Assembly: GCA_021818475.1 (NCBI GenBank)
Contig: JAKADZ010000001.1
Span: 5,997-69,996 of the forward strand
Length of the DNA: 64,000 bases
Direction: 5' to 3'
Source: Nanobdellota archaeon
Lineage (GTDB): Archaea > Nanobdellota > Nanobdellia > Pacearchaeales > GW2011-AR1
The notes under the pieces were generated by a model. The model was not told the origin of the DNA. It saw nothing but the letters and a program-made list of their open reading frames with translations, and searched no databases. Below, in pieces: positions 42,594 through 49,962 of the stretch. The translations under genes were made by a program, and so were the position numbers. Numbering within the stretch: the first letter of the stretch is position 1; every line of letters starts with the position of its first letter.

Positions 42594-45344
42594 ATGGTTA
42601 ATCTAACTGAAGCTCAAACAAGAAAGGAATTGATTGATCCTATTTTGGAAAGGACGGGATGGAAAGTTAAAGGACATTATGTTAAGGAAGAAATTAACCC
42701 TGTCAAATCTAATTTTCTAACTAAAGAATACGTTGGTCTTGAGGCAGGGATAGAAAGAAATGTTGACCGATTTATAGATTATTTATTACTGGATGAAGAT
42801 AGAAGCCCTCTTGCAATAATTGAAGCAAAAAAAACTTCTGTTAGTGTTGAAAAAGGAGAAATTCAAGCAAGAACGTATAGAGATGATATTGAAAAACAGA
42901 TTAAAATTAAAATTCCAATTTTCTTAACTAATGGAACAACTTGGTATTATGTTGATGATTTAGACAGAAGGAGGCAAGTTCTCTTACCTTTCTCACAAAA
43001 AGATTTGCATAGAATAATTAGTTTAATGCAAAAGAGGAAAGATCCCTCAAATGTTAAAGTCAGTTCTACAATTCTAAATAGAAAGATGTGCGTTGAAGCA
43101 GTTAAGACAGTATTGGAACATTTTTCAAAAGGACATCGGGAAGCTCTTATTAATATGGCTACTGGAACAGGAAAAACAAGAGTAGCAATGGCTTTGATAG
43201 ATTGTTTGATAAAATCAGAATACGCTCAAAAAGTTCTGTTTGTTGTTGATAGAATTTCTTTGGGGAATCAAGCAAAAGAAAAAGGATTTAAGAAATTTTT
43301 CCCAGAAAGCCCTATTTGTGAATTAAATGAAGAGGGGTATTCAAGCAGTGCGAGATTTTATGTTTCCACAATTCAAACTTTAATGTCTCCGCAAAAACCA
43401 AGAGGAAAGTTTTATGAAAAATTTGGTCCTGGAGCATTTGACTTAATTGTTTTTGATGAAGCACACCGTTCTTACTATGATAAGAATAATGATATCTTCA
43501 AATATTTTGACGCTCTAAAAGTTGGGTTAACCGCTACTCCTTCTTCAGAGGAAACAAGAAATACTTTTGATCTCTTTAATTGCGATAATGGAAAACCCAC
43601 ATTCAGATATGATTATGATTCTGCAGTAAGAGACAAGATTTTAGCTCCTTATGTGGCGGAAATTATTGAGACAAGTGTTCTTTCATTAGGAATTGAAGGG
43701 AAAAAATTGAATAAAGAGTTACAACAGGCATTAAAGCAACAAGAAGAAGACCCAGAGAAATTTCAAACACCTGGTTCTAAATTTGAAAGATTTTTTACAG
43801 ATGAGAAGACTAATGAACTAATTATTAGAGAATTTGTAGATAGGTGTTATAAATCTGATGATAATAGACCTTGTAAGAGTATTTTCTTCTGTGCAAGTGT
43901 AAAACATGCAGAATCTTTGGAAAAATTATTCCAGAAACTTTATCCTTATTTGGCAAAAGATGTAAAGGTTATTACTTCTGACAAATCTCGTTATATGGAT
44001 GAGGTCAAGAGATTTGAAAAAAGAGATAGCCCAAGAATCGCTTTATCTGTGGGGGTTTTAGATACAGGGGTGGATGTTCCTGAAGTCATGAATTTAGTTT
44101 TTGTTAAACCCGTAATGTCTTCTATCAGATTCTGGCAAATGTTGGGAAGAGGAACAAGAAGTTTATCTGCTTGTGAAAATAAAGAATGGTTGCCAACAGA
44201 TAAGGATGGACAGCACATAAAAGAAGATTTTTTAATATTAGATTTTAAGTTTGGGGATTGGTCTAATGTGATGCAACATAAATTGAACGCTATAAAACAA
44301 AAATCTTCTGGAACAGATGCTAAGACAAGAATCTTTTTAGAACAAGTTGATGCTTTAGAAAAAAATCTAAGTGAAAAAGAAAGAAAGGTAGTGGAGAAAC
44401 AAATCATAGACACAATTAAAGAAATTGATATTGAATCTCCTTTGGTTATTGAAAAGAAAAATATAATAAAAAAGGTTATCTCTTCTAAATTTGATTTAAA
44501 GGAGCATGTTGAGGAATTAAGAAATGAAATAGCCCCCCTTTTAATCTATACTCCGTCGGAGAATTCAAAAGTTTATGGTTTTATCTCTCAATGTGTTAAA
44601 CTCTTTGATTGCATTAAAACAGGAAATAAAAACAAAATTGCTAAGATTGAGGAATTTGTTGTTACAAGAGCAGAGGCAATTTGGGACAAAAATTTAGATG
44701 CAATAAAACAAAAAAGAGACGATCTTATAAGAATACAAAAAGAACCTTTCTGGGAAGATATTACTTTTGAAGATGTTGATTTTTTAGTTAGAGAAATTTC
44801 TCATTTAATGATTTTTTATGAAGAGGAAAGAAAAGGAATGGTACGAGTTAATGCTCCTGATGTGGTTATGAAAGTTGAAAAAGAGGCAATGGAACTTAAA
44901 GAAGATGAAGACTTCAAAACTTTCTTAAATAATAATCCTCTCATGCAAAAAATTAAAGATAGTGAAGGAGTTACATCAAAGGAACTTTTAGTTATTGAAA
45001 AGAAATTAAGAGAGTTAAATCCTATGTTGACAATTGACAATATCCAACAAAGTAAAGACTTTATTTTATTTTTAAGAGATTTATTGGAAGTCAAGGGATT
45101 GCCTGACCCACAAGAGATGATTAAGTGGGAGTTTGATAAATTTGTTATGGATAAAAACGAGCATTACAATTCCCAACAACTAAAGTTTTTAAGGCTATTA
45201 GAACAGGTATTTGTAAGAGCTAAACATGTTGAACTAAAGAACTTTGCAGAACACCCCTTAGCAGAGGGAAGACCCTTAGATGCCTTTACTAAGGAACAGC
45301 TGGAGAAATTAGTCCAAAAATGTAATAGCTTAAAGTGGAAATAG
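42594..45344 (+). CDS. hsdR: Type I restriction enzyme R subunit (EcoEI-like C-terminal domain)
   Basis: 916 aa with N-terminal TEAQTRKELIDPILERTGW and the nuclease-like IDYLLLDE...IIEAKK, helicase motifs ATGTGKT and FDEAHR, and a C-terminal QQLKFLRLLEQVF region; the stop is TAG. Confidence 0.9.
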   Translation: MVNLTEAQTRKELIDPILERTGWKVKGHYVKEEINPVKSNFLTKEYVGLEAGIERNVDRFIDYLLLDEDRSPLAIIEAKKTSVSVEKGEIQARTYRDDIEKQIKIKIPIFLTNGTTWYYVDDLDRRRQVLLPFSQKDLHRIISLMQKRKDPSNVKVSSTILNRKMCVEAVKTVLEHFSKGHREALINMATGTGKTRVAMALIDCLIKSEYAQKVLFVVDRISLGNQAKEKGFKKFFPESPICELNEEGYSSSARFYVSTIQTLMSPQKPRGKFYEKFGPGAFDLIVFDEAHRSYYDKNNDIFKYFDALKVGLTATPSSEETRNTFDLFNCDNGKPTFRYDYDSAVRDKILAPYVAEIIETSVLSLGIEGKKLNKELQQALKQQEEDPEKFQTPGSKFERFFTDEKTNELIIREFVDRCYKSDDNRPCKSIFFCASVKHAESLEKLFQKLYPYLAKDVKVITSDKSRYMDEVKRFEKRDSPRIALSVGVLDTGVDVPEVMNLVFVKPVMSSIRFWQMLGRGTRSLSACENKEWLPTDKDGQHIKEDFLILDFKFGDWSNVMQHKLNAIKQKSSGTDAKTRIFLEQVDALEKNLSEKERKVVEKQIIDTIKEIDIESPLVIEKKNIIKKVISSKFDLKEHVEELRNEIAPLLIYTPSENSKVYGFISQCVKLFDCIKTGNKNKIAKIEEFVVTRAEAIWDKNLDAIKQKRDDLIRIQKEPFWEDITFEDVDFLVREISHLMIFYEEERKGMVRVNAPDVVMKVEKEAMELKEDEDFKTFLNNNPLMQKIKDSEGVTSKELLVIEKKLRELNPMLTIDNIQQSKDFILFLRDLLEVKGLPDPQEMIKWEFDKFVMDKNEHYNSQQLKFLRLLEQVFVRAKHVELKNFAEHPLAEGRPLDAFTKEQLEKLVQKCNSLKWK

Positions 45345-45373
45345 TTCACAAGTTATACAATTTATGAACAAAA

Positions 45374-45387
45374 AGGTGTATACACCT
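45374..45387. promoter_or_regulatory. Perfect 14-bp palindrome AGGTGTATACACCT (candidate operator)
   Basis: Abuts the TATA-like box of the downstream operon, whose first gene encodes a ribbon-helix-helix (RHH)-like protein. Confidence 0.55.
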
Positions 45388-45401
45388 AAATCTTTAAATA
45401 G
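45388..45401 (+). promoter_or_regulatory. BRE/TATA-like box AAATCTTTAAATAG
   Basis: Lies about 25 nt upstream of ATG 45423 and shares AATCTTTAAATAG with 27776..27789. Confidence 0.5.
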
Positions 45402-45422
45402 TAGCGATTTCTTATTTTTATT

Positions 45423-45596
45423 ATGGTTTTAAAGAATCATGATTTAAGCGGGGAAGAGAGGAAGATTGTTTCTACAAGATTGTATAAGAGTGAATTCCTT
45501 TTTTTCAAGAAACTATGTGACCAGGAAGGCAAAACAATAAATACAAAACTCCGAGAGATGATTAGAGAAGAGACTGGGTTGGAGGAGGAAGAATAA
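45423..45596 (+). CDS. Ribbon-helix-helix (CopG-like) small protein, candidate controller
   Basis: 57 aa, below the track cutoff: MVLKNHDLSGEERKIVSTRLYKSEFLFFKKLCDQEGKTINTKLREMIREETGLEEEE, which fits a beta-strand/helix/helix pattern. Confidence 0.55.
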   Translation: MVLKNHDLSGEERKIVSTRLYKSEFLFFKKLCDQEGKTINTKLREMIREETGLEEEE

Positions 45597-45754
45597 TGGG
45601 AGATGATTTAGATAAAGCAATAAAAATTGGATTAGGATTACTTGGGGGTTTTATTTTATTGAATATCTTGTTTCCTGAAATTAAATGTAAAGTATGTGGA
45701 AGAAGTTTTCCTTCTGGGAGAGAAAGATGTCCGCATTGTGGAGCGGAAAAATGA
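45596..45754 (+). CDS. Small TM protein with a C-terminal zinc ribbon
   Basis: 52 aa: MGDDLDKAIKIGLGLLGGFILLNILFPEIKCKVCGRSFPSGRERCPHCGAEK. Its start overlaps the previous stop (TAATG). Confidence 0.5.
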   Translation: MGDDLDKAIKIGLGLLGGFILLNILFPEIKCKVCGRSFPSGRERCPHCGAEK

Positions 45755-46014
45755 GTCTAGATTTTGATATTGAAAAAACTATAAAACCTTTTGTTAAAGG
45801 GAGTTCACTTGGTTTAATGATATGTTCCTTAATTCTTTTATTTATCCATTACAATTTTAATAAATACTTTGGATTTTTAGTTCCAAATTGGATAGTTTTT
45901 ATTTTATGGATATATTTTATTGGTAATTCAATTGCATTATTTCTTTTTTTAAGGAACAATTTATTTGAATGCCCCAACTGCAAAAGGAGGCATAAGGAAA
46001 GAAAAAATGGATAA
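45751..46014 (+). CDS. Two-TM small protein ending in a CPNC motif
   Basis: 87 aa from MSLDFDIEK, with an ATGA overlap to the previous gene. The track's longer version (45694) would overlap that gene by 61 nt. Confidence 0.5.
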   Translation: MSLDFDIEKTIKPFVKGSSLGLMICSLILLFIHYNFNKYFGFLVPNWIVFILWIYFIGNSIALFLFLRNNLFECPNCKRRHKERKNG

Positions 46015-46636
46015 TGAAGTAAAACAGAGAGTCTTTCAGCAAGTTATGGATATCTGGATCAATCCCGAGATAGAAAAAAGAAGAAAAGAAGGAATAATCA
46101 AAGATGGAACTCAAATAACTAAAATGCAAATTGTTTTTTCTTTAGACAATGGAAACAAAATAAGATTAAATGATGAAGTTAAGGCAATCATCACAGGCAA
46201 GGCTACAAGAAATATACAAAAAGGCGAAGCAATTTATGAGAAAGATCTAAGCGGGATTGAAAATATACAATTAACTGATGAAGACACTAATTGTGGACAT
46301 ATCACATTGTTATTATTTAAGAATAATTGGATAATCTGTTTTGATGCAAGATATAATAAAGATATAATAAAGGAACATATTATTGCTTCAAAAGAATTCT
46401 ATGAAAGTGCAAAAGAAAGTTTAGAAAAAAATAGATTAAGACCATTTTATGAAAATGCCTTTGCAGTTGCTGAACTTTCTGCTAAAGGAATTTTATTGAC
46501 ATTGCCAGATAAAAAAATTTTAGAGGGTAAAAACCACAAAGATAGGATTAAGAAATTTAGAAATTGGGCTGAACTTGGTAATGTGAAAATGGAATTTAAT
46601 ACAACACTCTCTAAATTAAATGGGTTAAGAAGTTAG
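46007..46636 (+). CDS. HEPN-like domain protein, ended by a TAG inside the domain (the frame stays open to 46738)
   Basis: Starts MDNEVKQRV, overlapping the previous stop. The C-terminal half (AFAVAELSAKGILL...NHKDRIKKF...LNGLRS*ARYLASDAFKKEDANKILVTIEEMIKFAE) follows the HEPN helix pattern across the TAG at 46634..46636. The extended frame ends in an ATGA overlap with the next gene. Confidence 0.6.
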   Translation: MDNEVKQRVFQQVMDIWINPEIEKRRKEGIIKDGTQITKMQIVFSLDNGNKIRLNDEVKAIITGKATRNIQKGEAIYEKDLSGIENIQLTDEDTNCGHITLLLFKNNWIICFDARYNKDIIKEHIIASKEFYESAKESLEKNRLRPFYENAFAVAELSAKGILLTLPDKKILEGKNHKDRIKKFRNWAELGNVKMEFNTTLSKLNGLRS

Positions 46637-46734
46637 GCAAGATACCTTGCTTCTGATGCTTTTAAAAAAGAAGATGCAAATAAAATACTTGTTACAATTG
46701 AAGAGATGATTAAATTTGCAGAGGATTCAATAAA

Positions 46735-47805
46735 ATGAAAACTAAGGATAAAATTAAATTAGAAGATGTTATTCTTAAAATTTTAGAAGACCAAATTAAA
46801 AAGAGGAAGAAAAAAATATCTAATAGAGAAATTAAAAAAATCACTCAAGATATAACTAAAAAATCAATCTTAAAACTTTCTGAAGAAACTAAAAAAAATT
46901 TAGATAAAGAGATAAAAAAGAGAGTTTTAGAGGAAGAAAAAATTAGAAATGGTTTTGAGAATAGGTTATATTCCAAATGGGAAAAAGCGATTAATCTGTA
47001 TGAGATTCTTGGAATAATATCTTTAGAAATTGCCGAAAATGTAAAAAAGAATATTTCTCAAACTAAAAAAGTTATGGGATTTAAAGAATCAGCAATTTTC
47101 AAAATTCATGCAAGAGCACTAAGAATTTATAAGGAAATTTTTTGCTTGATTAAATCGGGATATGTAGACGGAGCAAATGCAAGGTGGAGAAGTTTATATG
47201 AACTTACCGTTATATGCTTATTTTTATCTAAGAATAATGAGAATGTCTCAGAAAGATATTTGCGATATGAACCCGTTTTGGCATTAAGAGAAGCCGAAGA
47301 ATATAAAAAAAATTATAAGAGATTAAACTTTCGTTCACTTGGAAAAAAAGTTTTTTCAGATTTAAAGAAAGAAGTTAGAAAATTGGAAAATCAATTTGGA
47401 AGTGAATTTGTAGAAAGAGGAGATTATTGCTGGATTCCTAAGACAATTTTATCTAATAGAAATTTTGCTGAGTTAGAGAAAAATATTAAATTAAACAAAT
47501 GGAGACCTTTTTACAAATTTTCTTGTAATTTCGTTCACGGTGGACCACGAGGATTAAATTCTTCTGGGATGTTGAATTGGAATGCACAAAATATTTTATT
47601 AGTGGGTCCAACAAATTATGGATTAACAGATCCTATGCAAAACAGTGCAATTTCTCTTCTTCAAATAACTTCTTGTTTATCTGTCCTTAAACCAAACTTA
47701 GAAGTCGCTATTTTTTCAAAAATAATGGACTTATACATTACAACCCTCCAGAATGAATCAATAAAAATACAAAAACAAATTGAGAAGGAGGAGAAACAGA
47801 AATGA
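46735..47805 (+). CDS. Hypothetical 356-aa protein, DUF5677-like (tentative)
   Basis: The core CLIKSGYVDGANARWRSLYELTVICLFL resembles the DUF5677 helix pair as I recall it. There is an ATGA overlap with hsdS. Confidence 0.55.
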   Translation: MKTKDKIKLEDVILKILEDQIKKRKKKISNREIKKITQDITKKSILKLSEETKKNLDKEIKKRVLEEEKIRNGFENRLYSKWEKAINLYEILGIISLEIAENVKKNISQTKKVMGFKESAIFKIHARALRIYKEIFCLIKSGYVDGANARWRSLYELTVICLFLSKNNENVSERYLRYEPVLALREAEEYKKNYKRLNFRSLGKKVFSDLKKEVRKLENQFGSEFVERGDYCWIPKTILSNRNFAELEKNIKLNKWRPFYKFSCNFVHGGPRGLNSSGMLNWNAQNILLVGPTNYGLTDPMQNSAISLLQITSCLSVLKPNLEVAIFSKIMDLYITTLQNESIKIQKQIEKEEKQK

Positions 47806-48980
47806 AACAACAAATGCAAACTAATCACATTGAATGGAGAGAAATAAGGTTAAAAGAGATTGCTCAATTCATAAACGGACGAGCATTCAAACCTTCAGAT
47901 TGGGAATCTAATGGGAAATTAATAATCCGTATTCAGGATCTTACTGGTTCAATTACAAATCCAAATTATACAACTAAAACTTTTGAAGACAAATATTTGG
48001 TTAGGAAAGGAGATTTGTTAATCTCTTGGTCTGCAACCTTAGACGCTTTTATTTGGAGTAAAGAAGAGGGGTGGTTAAATCAACATATTTTCAAAGTAGT
48101 TCCAGATAATAAATTTGTAGATAAAAAATATTTATATTATTTTGTAAAACAAACGATTAATCTTTTTCTTAATGAAACTCACGGGTCAACTATGAAACAT
48201 ATAACTAAGGGAAGATTTGAATCAATCAAAATTTTACTCCCTTTCTCCAATGGAAAACCAGACTTAAAAGAACAAGAGAGAATCGTTAATATTTTAGAAG
48301 GGGCAGAGAAATTAAATGAAAGAGGAAAGAAGATAGAAATTTTATTTGATGAATATTTGAAAAGTATTTTTTATGAAATGTTTTTGAAAGAAAAAGGAAA
48401 GTTTAAAGAAGTGTCATTAGGTGAAGTTTTTGAAATTGCAAGAGGGGGATCTCCAAGACCAATACAAAATTATATCACCAAAGAAAAAAACGGAATTAAT
48501 TGGATAAGAATAAGTGATACAAAAAATAACACCAAATATATTTATCAAACAGAAGAAAGGATAAAACCAGAAGGATTAAAAAAAACAAGATTAGTTCAGG
48601 AAGGAGATTTTTTATTATCTAATTCAATGAGTTTTGGTAGACCTTATATTATGAGAACAAAAGGATGTATCCATGATGGTTGGCTGGTCATTAGAGATGT
48701 AAATAAGGTAACTAACAATGATTATCTTTATTCTATTTTAAGTTCAGATTATCTTTATTCCCAATTTTTATCTTCTGTTGCGGGTACGACTGTTAAAAAT
48801 TTAAAAATTGAGGTAGTTAAAAAAGTGAAAATCCCTCTCCCCCCTCTTCCCCTCCAACAAAAATTTGCGAAGATTGTTGAACAAGTTGAAAAAATGAAAG
48901 AAAGCATTAATAAAACTAAACAAAAATCCGAAGAATTATTTAATTCTCTTGTTAGTAAAGGTTTCAGGGGGGAATTGTAA
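47802..48980 (+). CDS. hsdS: Type I restriction enzyme S (specificity) subunit
   Basis: 392 aa with two target-recognition halves, each starting W.E..L.E....I.G/ARGGSPRP and followed by conserved LPPLPLQQKFAKIVEQVE helices. Confidence 0.9.
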   Translation: MKQQMQTNHIEWREIRLKEIAQFINGRAFKPSDWESNGKLIIRIQDLTGSITNPNYTTKTFEDKYLVRKGDLLISWSATLDAFIWSKEEGWLNQHIFKVVPDNKFVDKKYLYYFVKQTINLFLNETHGSTMKHITKGRFESIKILLPFSNGKPDLKEQERIVNILEGAEKLNERGKKIEILFDEYLKSIFYEMFLKEKGKFKEVSLGEVFEIARGGSPRPIQNYITKEKNGINWIRISDTKNNTKYIYQTEERIKPEGLKKTRLVQEGDFLLSNSMSFGRPYIMRTKGCIHDGWLVIRDVNKVTNNDYLYSILSSDYLYSQFLSSVAGTTVKNLKIEVVKKVKIPLPPLPLQQKFAKIVEQVEKMKESINKTKQKSEELFNSLVSKGFRGEL

Positions 48981-48981
48981 A

Positions 48982-49959
48982 ATGAAAAAGATTGTTTATA
49001 TTGTTCTTATTGTCTTTGTAGGTTTTTTAATTGTTTCATTTATTTTTGATTTTCCAAAGTGGCTAAATTGGATTACTTTTGCATTCACAATATTCTCTTT
49101 TATTTATAATAATTGGAAGAATAAACCAGATGACTTAACTAAAGTGGAACAAAAACTTCAAACAATTATTGATGAACAAGAATCACAAAATGTTTCTGAA
49201 GAGAAGATAAAGATTTTAGAAAAAGAAAGGGATGAAATTGAGGCTTCGATAAAAGAAGTAAATATTAAACTTAATGAAGAAAAGATTTCCAAAGAAGAGT
49301 TAATAAGAGAACTAAAAGAGGATACCGAAGTAGTATTATTAATAAAACATGCAGAAGGAAATAAAGATGAACCGAAACCAATAAAAGACGCTTTGAAAAA
49401 TAGAGGATTTAGAAGTGTTAATTATGGAATGTATATTTTACCCCCTTATTTATCCCCGCACTTTAAAGAAACAGAGGAAATGAACAAATGGGTAACAACA
49501 AACATATTAAAGAAAATACCTCAAGACCATCGTTATAAAATGTCAATAATGTTTGTAGATTTAAAGAGGGTTCTTGTAAAAGAACAAGGAGAGAACCATA
49601 TGAAATCTATAATCGAAAAATTGGATTTTACTGATTTAGTTAGATTAGAAAAACTTAGTAATTTTATAAAAAAGAAAAAGAATATTTCTATAATGGACAT
49701 AATGCAAATCCCACATTTGATGAGATTAATAGAGATTGGGCATTTTGGATATAATGATAAAAAAATTATCTCAGAAAAAGAAAAAGAAATTTTAAAAGAT
49801 ATTGCAAATTTTTTAGGTTCAGAAGAACTTAAAACTAAAGAAATATATAAAATTTCTAAGGAAGAGTTAATAAAAATTTTAGAGAAGTATAATATAAATA
49901 AAAAAGAACAAATATCCGAAGATATAATGAAAAATAGTAAATTTTGGAGTCAATTTTAA
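48982..49959 (+). CDS. Membrane-anchored coiled-coil protein of unknown function between hsdS and hsdM
   Basis: 325 aa from MKKIVYIVLIVFVGFLIV, with two N-terminal TM helices, a charged coiled-coil segment and a ~200-aa unknown domain. It starts 1 nt after the hsdS stop. Confidence 0.6.
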   Translation: MKKIVYIVLIVFVGFLIVSFIFDFPKWLNWITFAFTIFSFIYNNWKNKPDDLTKVEQKLQTIIDEQESQNVSEEKIKILEKERDEIEASIKEVNIKLNEEKISKEELIRELKEDTEVVLLIKHAEGNKDEPKPIKDALKNRGFRSVNYGMYILPPYLSPHFKETEEMNKWVTTNILKKIPQDHRYKMSIMFVDLKRVLVKEQGENHMKSIIEKLDFTDLVRLEKLSNFIKKKKNISIMDIMQIPHLMRLIEIGHFGYNDKKIISEKEKEILKDIANFLGSEELKTKEIYKISKEELIKILEKYNINKKEQISEDIMKNSKFWSQF

Positions 49960-49962
49960 AAC

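Noticed and set aside
46634-46636. Genome-wide reassignment of TAG to a sense codon
   Set aside because: TAG terminates hsdR (45342-45344), hisS (42557-42559) and the Trm gene (27427-27429) at positions consistent with full-length proteins.
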